Positions 29,464-37,884 of a DNA stretch of 64,000 nucleotides are shown here, in pieces. The DNA is taken from NCBI GenBank assembly GCA_018969615.1, contig JAGWYA010000001.1, positions 54,567 to 118,566 of the forward strand, given 5' to 3'. The position numbers and the translations under genes are program-made. The notes under the pieces are model-generated. The model was not told the DNA's origin. It saw nothing but the letters and a program-made list of their open reading frames with translations, and made no database searches. Source of the stretch: Patescibacteria group bacterium (lineage in GTDB: Bacteria; Patescibacteriota; Minisyncoccia; UBA6257; 02-FULL-45-10c). Numbering within the stretch: position 1 is the first letter of the stretch; the number at the start of each line of letters is the position of its first letter.

Positions 29464-29565
29464 AGTAGTGAACCTATCTTACGTATAATCTCACAGAACA
29501 GCAAGCCCCGCTGCTAGACGGGGCAAGGGCTGTCATTCGGATGGGTTCTGCGATAGGATATCTCC

Positions 29566-30288
29566 ATGGAACCGGAACAGTATCCGATGCGGATCAATAA
29601 ATATCTCGCACTTAAAAAATATGCGAGCAGACGGGAGGCCGACGAGTTCATCAGGAACGGCTGGGTGACGATCAACGGCAAAACCGCACACCTGGGCGAT
29701 AAAGTGAACGAAGGCGATAAAGTCCGGGTGAGCGAACGCATCATGAAAGAGCGCCGCGCGCATCTTGAGTATTTTGCCTATAACAAACCGGCAGGCATCG
29801 TCTCCACGAATCCGGAAGAAGGGCAGCAGTCCATCCTTGATGTCGCCGGGATCTCAAAATACGTTTTTCCGCTCGGCCGCCTCGATCGCGAGTCCCGCGG
29901 CCTCATCCTGCTCACCAACGACGGACGCGTAACAAAAAGACTTCTCGGCCCGGAATATGAACACGAAAAAGAGTACATCGTGAAAGTCGATAAGCCGCTC
30001 GAAAAACATTTTCTCAAGCACCTGGAGACCGGCATTGATATCGAAGGGCATCGCACTAAACCGGCGACCGTCAAACAGACCGGCGAGCGCGCGTTCCGTA
30101 TTACGCTCATTGAAGGGAAGCGGCATCAGCTCCGCCGCATGTGCGCCGCATTCGGATTTATCGTAAAGGATCTTCAGCGCGTCCGCGTTATGAATATTAA
30201 ACTTGGCGGGCTTAAAGAAGGAATGTATCGCAAGATCGAAGGAGAGGAGCTGCATCAGTTCCTCAGCGAGCTTGGGCTCCGCCTGTGA
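29566..30288 (+). CDS. rRNA pseudouridine synthase, RsuA/RluB/RluF family
   Basis: S4 domain (MRINKYLA...SRREAD), GRLDRESRGL, EKEYIV, EGKRHQLRRM. Confidence 0.93.
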   Translation: MEPEQYPMRINKYLALKKYASRREADEFIRNGWVTINGKTAHLGDKVNEGDKVRVSERIMKERRAHLEYFAYNKPAGIVSTNPEEGQQSILDVAGISKYVFPLGRLDRESRGLILLTNDGRVTKRLLGPEYEHEKEYIVKVDKPLEKHFLKHLETGIDIEGHRTKPATVKQTGERAFRITLIEGKRHQLRRMCAAFGFIVKDLQRVRVMNIKLGGLKEGMYRKIEGEELHQFLSELGLRL

Positions 30289-30429
30289 TCGTTATTCCGC
30301 TTATTTCCTTGATGCCGACCTCTCACCGAAGAGCGACTAACGGCTCTGCAACAGCGGTACGGACAGCAGAGAGTGGATATTAAAAAGAAATATCAGTACT
30401 ATAAGAAAAGCACTTCAACGGAGGATCTC

Positions 30430-30756
30430 ATGAAGCGATCAGTGATCGCGCCGCATCGCGTCCGGCTGAATGCCGAGTCGCACTTCCGGGAACAGCTCTG
30501 TTTTCCCTGGGGAAGTCCGTTCGGCTTCGTGAACGATCGGGATTGGCGGCTGATTCAAAAACACCGGCAGCTCGATCAGCGAAAGAAGCCTCGGCGTGCA
30601 CGCTCCAAAAAAGAACAAAGCGGAAATTACGTCCTGGTCTACCGGGATACGATCGGAACCCCGATCGAACCGCCGGAGATCCGCATCGGCAGCCGTAAAG
30701 GCGAAATGACCTTCCGCGCACGCATGTTCTTGTGTTCGGAAGTTTTTCTCACCTAA
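30430..30756 (+). CDS. Hypothetical basic protein
   Basis: SD GGAGG; terminator atcaccccgac/gtcggggtgat. Confidence 0.65.
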   Translation: MKRSVIAPHRVRLNAESHFREQLCFPWGSPFGFVNDRDWRLIQKHRQLDQRKKPRRARSKKEQSGNYVLVYRDTIGTPIEPPEIRIGSRKGEMTFRARMFLCSEVFLT

Positions 30757-30857
30757 CGATCATCACCCCGACCTAAGTCGGGGTGATCTTTTATGAATTG
30801 CAAAGAAAGCCGCACTCCGTTAGCATAAAAGAAGTTTTTTGAACAAGGATCAACCTC

Positions 30858-31313
30858 GTGAAAGACCAAGGTCGGCGGATCGTGTATACGATCCTTGCAG
30901 TGATCGCCGGAATATACGGAGTCTTCTGGATCATTGTTCACATCGCCTCATTTGGAAAATTCCTCATGGACACGCCATTCTGGACCGTAGCGGCCCTCTT
31001 CTGGACCGGCCTTATCCTTTGGTGCGGCACGGGGATCATATCAGAAACGATCTGGATGCGCTTTTGGAATAACGTCCGCATGAAGTATCCCGGCCTTCCT
31101 CTCGTTCCTTCAAAAGAACGGGCGGGGATCGCCTTACTCATGCATGCGTTTATGGGTCCGTTCAGCGCGCTCATAACGTACTATGCGATCCGACAGATCC
31201 AAGCGATCATAAAGCGCGCGGAGGACGATGGCGATGACGGCGGCGATATCGTCATCCATATTCCGGATCCTGATCCGAAACCAAGCGCTCCCAAGGAACC
31301 CGCTCTTCACTGA
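30858..31313 (+). CDS. Hypothetical membrane protein (3 TM)
   Basis: GTG start with AAGGA SD; hydrophobic segments; terminator overlaps the stop codon. Confidence 0.7.
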   Translation: MKDQGRRIVYTILAVIAGIYGVFWIIVHIASFGKFLMDTPFWTVAALFWTGLILWCGTGIISETIWMRFWNNVRMKYPGLPLVPSKERAGIALLMHAFMGPFSALITYYAIRQIQAIIKRAEDDGDDGGDIVIHIPDPDPKPSAPKEPALH

Positions 31314-31987
31314 GCGGGTTTTTTATTGACACCCCCCCTAAAAAAGGTATTGTATCCATACGGACATTAACAACAAAACACCGGATGGAGGAGTATGAAG
31401 TCACTGAAACTGACTGCCGTCTGCGCCGCACTGCTGCTTTGTTCTTTCGCGGCCCCTCCCGCTTTCGCGGAGAAAAAGGCCCCGCAAAAACAAGTGACCG
31501 AACAAGCCAACACGGGACAGCACAACAGCGACACCGGTAACGATCCGCGGATCGTGGATCCCGTGCGAGCCGCTAAGGTCACTCAGGGAGAATCCAACAG
31601 CGACGAGAGCAACGACACGGTCCCATTCATCGTAACACCTCCGGCCCCAAGCATCGGCGCATTTCACCTTACGACCAAAGCCACGCTTAAAGAGGCGGTG
31701 ACATACTTCGACCAGCGCGGCATGCGCCTCGCTACCTCCCAGGAACTTTTTTCCTTTCTGGCTCAAAACCCGGAAGCGTTCGAGGGAAAACTTCTTATTA
31801 CCGCAGAACTCGCGGTGCGCACCGTAACGATACAGGTAAGCCCCGGCGTTACGATACAACAGACAAAGACCTATTTCCTCCACAAAAAAGATGGCGATAC
31901 CGTGCTTCCACCGGGAAGCATGATCATGCTCGAACCCAAGTAAAAACTACTGGGTTTCGGAACCCGCTCTTCGCTGAGCGGGTTTTT
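31295..31987 (+). repeat. 29-bp direct repeat pair (terminator hairpins) at 31295-31323 and 31959-31987
   Basis: ggaacccgctcttc(a/g)ctgagcgggttttt, one mismatch. Confidence 0.9.
31395..31943 (+). CDS. Secreted hypothetical protein
   Basis: Signal peptide ending AFA; SD GGAGGAG; TTGACA promoter. Confidence 0.75.
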   Translation: MKSLKLTAVCAALLLCSFAAPPAFAEKKAPQKQVTEQANTGQHNSDTGNDPRIVDPVRAAKVTQGESNSDESNDTVPFIVTPPAPSIGAFHLTTKATLKEAVTYFDQRGMRLATSQELFSFLAQNPEAFEGKLLITAELAVRTVTIQVSPGVTIQQTKTYFLHKKDGDTVLPPGSMIMLEPK

Positions 31988-32061
31988 ATTTTATATTGAC
32001 CACGAAGAAAGGAGTCGTTATAGTAAGGAAGCACTTCGATAAATAAAGGGTTGGGGGAACA

Positions 32062-32304
32062 ATGAAAACACTGCTGGGACTGCCTCTTTTGGTTTTGGAA
32101 AAGATCGGCGAGCGGGCAGGCAAAGCTCTCTGCGCCCTCGGCGAACACAAACTCAAAGGGAAAGGAGTCGCTCTGGGCGTCGGCGATGCCTTCAAATGCA
32201 CCCGAAAAAAATGCACTTACGAAACGCCTGCCGTCGAATGGCCTGAACCGGGAATACCCCTTGTCGATCCCAAAATTGAGGCGCTGCCTCCATATCGACC
32301 GTAA
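32062..32304 (+). CDS. Hypothetical protein (80 aa)
   Basis: Promoter TTGACC-17-TATAGT; terminator gccgcct/aggcggc. Confidence 0.65.
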   Translation: MKTLLGLPLLVLEKIGERAGKALCALGEHKLKGKGVALGVGDAFKCTRKKCTYETPAVEWPEPGIPLVDPKIEALPPYRP

Positions 32305-32346
32305 TGCTTTTTGTTTATCGCGCCGCCTGAAAAGGCGGCTTTTTTA

Positions 32347-32850
32347 TTACAAAATTTCTAGGACGCGATACACAACGGAACCGCGCGGAGTTTTAAATAC
32401 AACCTCATCGCCGACACGATGCTTCATCAATGCAGCACCAAGAGGGGACTTGAATGAAATGCGCCCGCGGGGAGGATCGGTCTCATCGGGGCCGACGATC
32501 TGGAATGTTCTTTCTTCGCCGGATGCCAATGCCAGTTTTACCGTTGAACCGATCCGGACCGCGTCTGTCGGTCCGTCTTCTTTGATCACGACCACGCGCT
32601 TTATTTTATCTTCAATGCTTAAGATACGGCGATGCGTTCGGCGAAGAAGAGACTTTGCTTCTTTATATTCCGCGTTCTCGGAACGGTCCCCGAATGCCGC
32701 GGTGCGCTGCGTTTCCGCGATCAGTGCCGGCAAAGATCTTTTCAACCGATCATGAAGGCTTTGAAGATTTCGAAAGCCTGCCTCGGTCAAATAGACCGGG
32801 CCTTGATCGCGTACTTTTAATTTATCCCAGCGACTCTGAGGGATCTGCAT
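32347..32850 (-). CDS. GreA/GreB-family transcription elongation factor
   Basis: YLTEAG, GDRSENAEY, IVGPDE, ISFKSPLGAAL. Confidence 0.92.
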   Translation of the reverse strand: MQIPQSRWDKLKVRDQGPVYLTEAGFRNLQSLHDRLKRSLPALIAETQRTAAFGDRSENAEYKEAKSLLRRTHRRILSIEDKIKRVVVIKEDGPTDAVRIGSTVKLALASGEERTFQIVGPDETDPPRGRISFKSPLGAALMKHRVGDEVVFKTPRGSVVYRVLEIL

Positions 32851-32986
32851 ACCATCCCATCTTACCAGATGGGATGGCTAGAGAATAGTTGACTTATTTC
32901 ATTATTTATGGTACTTTATATTCAGTTCGTACCACAGACCTCATCGTGGATCCCGGATGCCGAAAGGCAAGTGAAAGGAGAAACGT

Positions 32987-33361
32987 ATGACGACCGCCAA
33001 CGAGAAAGCCAAGGACGAGAAGAAGCAGCAGAGCGCGGAGACGCGCGCGAACATCGAGATCGCCCGCGAGCAGCGCGAGAAGCGCCAGGAGGCCAAGGCC
33101 AAGCGCATCGAGGACAGCATCCTCGCGCGCAGCCAGCGCACGCCGGCCGATCAGCTGGCGCTGCTGGACAAGCGCCTGGGAGTCGGCCAGGGCGCCATCG
33201 TCGAGCGGGCGCGGCTCGCCCTCGTCGCGTTCGACGCGAAGAACGGCGGGAAGGACGCGAAGCTCACCGGCGAGATGGCCATGAAGCGCAACCGCCTGGT
33301 GATGGGGCTGGACGGCTCCCGCTGCATGCGGCGCTTCGGCCTCAGTCCGCGGATGGCGTAA
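32987..33361 (+). CDS. Hypothetical basic helical protein
   Basis: Promoter TTGACT-17-TACTTT, SD AAAGGAG, near-exclusive G/C third positions, terminator. Confidence 0.8.
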   Translation: MTTANEKAKDEKKQQSAETRANIEIAREQREKRQEAKAKRIEDSILARSQRTPADQLALLDKRLGVGQGAIVERARLALVAFDAKNGGKDAKLTGEMAMKRNRLVMGLDGSRCMRRFGLSPRMA

Positions 33362-33444
33362 GGCAGTAGGTTTTCCAGCCGGTTTTTCCATAAAAACCGG
33401 CTTTTGTTTTTCTTGAAAATGATCATTATGGTATACTAAATGAT

Positions 33445-33615
33445 ATGGAAAAAATTCATGGGGCATGGCGCCAGTTCGTGGATACTTCGCATCATGCGTT
33501 TAAATTTAGGATCGGAAATCTGGTCGCCTCATCACTGTCGGGCTTCATTGCCGGCGTGATCTTCACGTCGATCTTTTGGGCAGTCCTGTTCTACCTTTTC
33601 GTGAACGTGCACTAA
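33445..33615 (+). CDS. Small membrane protein (56 aa; absent from ORF track)
   Basis: MEKIHGAWRQFVDTSHHAFKFRIGNLVASSLSGFIAGVIFTSIFWAVLFYLFVNVH; TGGTATACT just upstream. Confidence 0.65.
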   Translation: MEKIHGAWRQFVDTSHHAFKFRIGNLVASSLSGFIAGVIFTSIFWAVLFYLFVNVH

Positions 33616-33623
33616 TCGGTTCC

Positions 33624-34085
33624 ATGCCCGATACGACAGCTCAAAAAGAAGAAAAGGAGGTCAAAAAGATCGCCGCTGAATTAAAGGTCAATTTACCGAC
33701 CAAGCGCATGCCGATCCTGATCAAGCTGATCGTTCTTTTTCTGCTCGCCGGCGGGTTCAGTATCATCGGCAGTCTTTTCACGAACATCATTAACACCGAT
33801 CCGATCGATCTCTGGAGCTATATCCTTCGGGTGGTCTTCGGTTTTCTGATCATTACGATGGCGTACGGGATCATCGAAAAGAAAAGCTGGGCGCTCTGGC
33901 TTTACGCGCTTTTGGCTCTGATCGGCCTGGCAACCAACCCGATCCCGGTCATCTTACCAATCATCATCCTGATCTATTTGTTCTCCAAGCGCGAATATTT
34001 TACGTCGTGCATTCTCGATAAAACATGCAAAGCCATTTGGGACCGGATCATCAGTCTTCTGCCCCGGAAAACAAAGGCATCATAG
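33624..34085 (+). CDS. Hypothetical membrane protein
   Basis: 3-4 TM segments, start at MPDTTAQ. Confidence 0.7.
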   Translation: MPDTTAQKEEKEVKKIAAELKVNLPTKRMPILIKLIVLFLLAGGFSIIGSLFTNIINTDPIDLWSYILRVVFGFLIITMAYGIIEKKSWALWLYALLALIGLATNPIPVILPIIILIYLFSKREYFTSCILDKTCKAIWDRIISLLPRKTKAS

Positions 34086-34197
34086 GTTGAGCCGCCGGGA
34101 ACGCATTGAGCATCATCCTTTCAGAAGGGCTTCTCCGCCGTCGGACATTTCGAAAATAAAGAGGAAGCGCTATGATAAGAGAAAGAGATACGCCTCT

Positions 34198-35562
34198 ATG
34201 ACACTTTTTCTCCGTAATAAATATATCAGCCTTCTCACGCTTGCATCCCTGCTTGCGGCATTCGCGCCGTCCGCATCCGTTATGGCGCAAACGCTGACCA
34301 GCGCCGAACGCGCCCAGCTTGAACAGCAGCTCGCACAGGTCCAGGCGGAACAGGCGCAGGCCCAAAGCCAGCTAGCTACCGCGCAATCAAAGTCGCGGTC
34401 GCTTCAAAACGATATCGACGTCCTGGCGGCGAAGGTCCGGGCTGAACAGCTCGACATCCAGGCGAAGAACCTTTTGATCCAAACACTTGGCGATAATATC
34501 ACCACGAAACAGGCCGAGATCGCATCGCTGGATGCGCAGATCGCTCAAAATAAACAAAGCATCTCTGACATCTTCCGCGCCCTGCAGCAAAGCGAGGACA
34601 CTCCGTTACTGGAATCGCTTCTGAAGAACAATTCGCTTTCGCAGCTATTCGATTATTCCATTGACCTCATCTCGCTGCAGCAGGGGATCGACACGCTTTC
34701 CGCGCAACTCGTTGCGAATGAGGCATCCAGTACGGCGGAAAAGGCGGTCCTGGTCGACCGGCAGAACGCCGCCGTCGATGCGCGCTATACGATCCAGCAG
34801 GAGCAAAAATCGCTCCAATCGAACCAATATCAGCAGCAGCAGCTTCTTTCGATCAGCAAGAACAATGAAGCGGCTTATTCCGCTCTCGTAACCGCGAAAA
34901 AAAAGGAAGCGGATGCCATTAATGCGAAGCTCTTCGTCCTTGCCGGCGGATCGAACCCGATCCCGTTCGGCAAAGCCTATCAATACGCCGTTGCCGCCTC
35001 GAACATAACCGGCGTTGATCCGGCATTCCTGCTTGCGATCCTGACCCAGGAATCAAACCTCGGTACGAACCAGGGAATGTGCTTCCTGAGAGACACCTCC
35101 ACCGGGTCCGGTGTCGGCGCGCATACCGGACGGACCTTTGAGAACGTCATGAGCCTGGGCAATATTCCCGACTTTATGACGATCACCTCCACGCTCGGGA
35201 TCGATCCGTTCAACACCGTTGTTTCATGCCCGCAATCGATCGGCTACGGCGGCGCCATGGGTCCGGCTCAATTTGAACCCTCTACCTGGATGCTGTTCTC
35301 TAACCGCGTCGGGAAAGCGCTCGGATTCACCAGCATGGCCGATCCATGGAACCCGCAGGACGCGTTCATGGCCTCCGCGCTATACTTGTCCGACCTCGGC
35401 GCCGGCGCAGGAACCTGGACCGCCGAAAGTAACGCGGCATGCCGCTACTATTCGGGCCGCACCTGCGCCCACTCATCGCTTATCGCAAGTTACGGCTATA
35501 GCGTCATGTCGCTCGCATCTTCGATCCAGCAGAACGAGATCAATAAGCTGACGGGGATCTAA
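34198..35562 (+). CDS. Secreted coiled-coil protein with C-terminal lytic transglycosylase domain
   Basis: Signal peptide, long Gln/Ala coiled coil, AILTQESN, GGAMGPAQFEPSTW, DPWNPQDA, RYYSG. Confidence 0.85.
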   Translation: MTLFLRNKYISLLTLASLLAAFAPSASVMAQTLTSAERAQLEQQLAQVQAEQAQAQSQLATAQSKSRSLQNDIDVLAAKVRAEQLDIQAKNLLIQTLGDNITTKQAEIASLDAQIAQNKQSISDIFRALQQSEDTPLLESLLKNNSLSQLFDYSIDLISLQQGIDTLSAQLVANEASSTAEKAVLVDRQNAAVDARYTIQQEQKSLQSNQYQQQQLLSISKNNEAAYSALVTAKKKEADAINAKLFVLAGGSNPIPFGKAYQYAVAASNITGVDPAFLLAILTQESNLGTNQGMCFLRDTSTGSGVGAHTGRTFENVMSLGNIPDFMTITSTLGIDPFNTVVSCPQSIGYGGAMGPAQFEPSTWMLFSNRVGKALGFTSMADPWNPQDAFMASALYLSDLGAGAGTWTAESNAACRYYSGRTCAHSSLIASYGYSVMSLASSIQQNEINKLTGI

Positions 35563-35643
35563 TAAACTTACTTTTTTATATTTCATTGCTTTATCTCCAC
35601 CGGGGGATTAAGCTTTATTTATTACTTTGAAAAGGAGGGTGAT

Positions 35644-35988
35644 GTGAAATCGGAAAATGAGGATATCGTCATCAAGGAAATAGAAGGGGTCTCGAATGCG
35701 CGAGAATTACATTTGCGCACGCTCTTGAGCGATTTCCCTGAGCATTACGAATGCCAGGCCGATGCCGTTCGATTCAATGTGAACGAACAGGCCGATAACC
35801 AAGCGTATGTTCTCGCAGGAAGTATGTTTCGCGCGACCGGCGTTCAAGAAGTGGAAATACACCGCTATATCGTTACGGTATGGATCAGCGCGGCTTTTCA
35901 GTGGGAAGAGCTTGAGAAAGAAATATGCGGAGTACTCCGCGCCTACCTCAAGATCAAGCACGCCGAAAATCAAAAGCCGAAGGAATGA
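35644..35988 (+). CDS. Nfu/NifU N-terminal-like domain protein
   Basis: LAGSMFRATGVQEVEIHRYIVTVWISAAFQWEEL pattern; SD AAAGGAGG. Confidence 0.55.
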   Translation: MKSENEDIVIKEIEGVSNARELHLRTLLSDFPEHYECQADAVRFNVNEQADNQAYVLAGSMFRATGVQEVEIHRYIVTVWISAAFQWEELEKEICGVLRAYLKIKHAENQKPKE

Positions 35989-36085
35989 TCTCTGTATGAT
36001 CCGCTCGAAAGAGCGGATTTTTTATGAACAAAGAGGGAAGTGAGGCGGTTGAATTTCCGTTTCGATTCGTTTAAACTAGTTTCAT

Positions 36086-36156
36086 TGCCAGATCGTCTAA
36101 TGGTAGGACACAGGACTCTGAATCCTGTTATCTTGGTTCGAATCCAAGTCTGGCAG
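36086..36156 (+). tRNA. tRNA-Gln(CTG), CCA not encoded
   Basis: Acceptor tgccaga/tctggca, D-arm, anticodon arm cagga-ctCTGaa-tcctg, T-arm cttgg-ttcgaat-ccaag; promoter TTGAAT-17-TAAACT. Confidence 0.95.
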
Positions 36157-36360
36157 CAAATAAAAAATCTCTCTGGGCACAGCCGGGGAGATCTTTTATT
36201 TTGTTAGGATTCGAACCAGCCGCACCCCGTATCAGGAAGGCAGGAGCGAAGCGACGTTGGAAACCGAAGGTGTCCAAGACGGGGGTCGGGGTGCGGCGTG
36301 GTTCGAGTGAGCGAGCGGGTCATCTGACCGCGAGTGAAACTTAAATCCAAGTCTGGCAGC
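36141..36360 (+). repeat. 17-bp direct repeat of tRNA 3' end (36141-36157, 36344-36360) enclosing a structured non-coding insert
   Basis: aatccaagtctggcagc occurs twice. Confidence 0.9.
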
Positions 36361-36397
36361 TAGTAGCTTCAAAAAACCCGGCACTTAGCCGGGTTAG

Positions 36398-36601
36398 TTA
36401 CAAACTATTTTTTTTGGTTATTTCGATAAGATTGGGGTTCCGAATATATTCATTGCCTTGAATTTGGATCTTCCAGTTATTGAATTCATGTAGGACTTGC
36501 TCACGACTACCAATCATTGAAAGTTCTACATGATGCCATTTTCTACCCCTGAATTTTCTTTCCTGATAATGAATTTGAAACTCCGTTGAGATAGTGGTCA
36601 T
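36398..36601 (-). CDS. Small hypothetical protein, AT-rich
   Basis: SD GGAGG, TTGACA promoter near 36663, terminator aacccggc/gccgggtt. Confidence 0.6.
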   Translation of the reverse strand: MTTISTEFQIHYQERKFRGRKWHHVELSMIGSREQVLHEFNNWKIQIQGNEYIRNPNLIEITKKNSL

Positions 36602-36686
36602 CACCCCTCCGCGATTCAAAGATCTAATTTAGATATAATAATAAAAATAGGCCGTCCTGTCAATTATTGTCCTTTTTCTGAGTTCG

Positions 36687-37338
36687 AAAGCTGTCCAAGA
36701 CCCCCAGATAGTATTGATAAAAAGATATAAATTTTTTAACATTAAAACATGGGATTCGAAAATATGAATCGGGCAATGCCAAGTCCTGAAAAAAAGGCTG
36801 AAGTAGCCTCAAATGAAAAGAAGGCTCAGCTTGAGGCAAACATGCTGAAAGCAAAGTTAAAAGAAAGGCTTGATTTTGGCAAGGAGCCCACAAAAGAAGA
36901 CTACGATGTTGCCCTCCAAGAACTGGAAGAGCTGAAAAAGCTTGCCGAAAAGGACCCTGAAGGACTTGAGAAAATTGTGCAATATGCAAGTCGATCTGCC
37001 ATAGGCGCTGCGACTGCGCTTAGTACTATTGGTGCGCTCGCCGAAGAAACGCTGATCAAAGCAGGTCTTTTTGACGCGGGAGGGGAAAATGGCTCGATCA
37101 TGGGCGGAGAAGGACATGGTTATGGCGATATTTTAAAGAAGAAAGCTGATTTTATAAAAAAACTTTTTACCAAAGACAGCGAAGTGCTTTGGAATGACGC
37201 CCAAAGGCAGATCCTAGCTCTTCAGAAAGAAGCTGGCCGGATCGCAGAAGATGAATCATCTAAGTAGGGAGCGGCGCTCAGTAAGCGCCGTTTCTATTTT
37301 GAAAATATAGTAGCTGCAAAGCTGTCCAAGACTCCCAG
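36687..37338 (+). repeat. 21-bp direct repeat pair (36687-36707, 37318-37338), degenerate tRNA-3'-like att sites
   Basis: aaagctgtccaagac(c/t)cccag, one mismatch, flanking one gene. Confidence 0.85.
36749..37267 (+). CDS. Hypothetical Lys/Glu-rich protein, AT-rich
   Basis: 172-aa ORF between the 21-bp repeats, terminator cggcgct/agcgccg. Confidence 0.75.
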   Translation: MGFENMNRAMPSPEKKAEVASNEKKAQLEANMLKAKLKERLDFGKEPTKEDYDVALQELEELKKLAEKDPEGLEKIVQYASRSAIGAATALSTIGALAEETLIKAGLFDAGGENGSIMGGEGHGYGDILKKKADFIKKLFTKDSEVLWNDAQRQILALQKEAGRIAEDESSK

Positions 37339-37386
37339 GTCGTTTTTTGAAAATAAAAAAGCTCCGCCGAAGCGGAGCTGAGGAAC

Positions 37387-37884
37387 TTACTTTTCGTTCT
37401 TATTGAGAAAGATGACGGATTTGACCACGCCTCCATTGAAAACGCGAATGGATGCTTGGACGCCGCTGATGGTCGTACCGTGATAAAGCAGCCGCATTCC
37501 GATCACCGCATTAGAAGGAATGGTCCACCAAGAACCGTTCACCTTCACCTGAGTGCAACGCTTCCCTCCGGAAGAAAAGTCGAGTAAGTCTCGAATGGAC
37601 GGGCCGTTGCCGAGCAGGCTAGCCTCAAGGACGAGATACCTTGCTTTATTCGGATCGGGGCCATCGCTGAACTCTTCTTCTGTCCCAATAGTGACCGGGG
37701 GGCGAGGCTGAGCGAAATGGACCTGCACGGGAACACGGCGAAAGATCACCCATGGCTTCGCGTGGTAGTCCGGCCACTGCACCGTCGTGCTTGTCGAAGG
37801 GTTCACCGCGGAAACCGCGGTGGTCGCCATGCTTCCGAAGCAGGGCATCAGACACATCGCCAACACCAGACCCAACTTCTTCAT
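37387..37884 (-). CDS. Secreted hypothetical protein
   Basis: Signal peptide, SD GGAGG, terminator agctccgc/gcggagct. Confidence 0.7.
   Translation of the reverse strand: MKKLGLVLAMCLMPCFGSMATTAVSAVNPSTSTTVQWPDYHAKPWVIFRRVPVQVHFAQPRPPVTIGTEEEFSDGPDPNKARYLVLEASLLGNGPSIRDLLDFSSGGKRCTQVKVNGSWWTIPSNAVIGMRLLYHGTTISGVQASIRVFNGGVVKSVIFLNKNEK

Noticed and set aside
36230-36256. SRP RNA-like TCAGGAAGG..AGC words
   Set aside because: Does not match the helix-8 consensus or its pairing
36660-36989. 109-aa minus-strand ORF ending LGVLDSFRT
   Set aside because: Mostly antisense to 36749-37267; only its end crosses the att-like repeat, and there are no recombinase motifs
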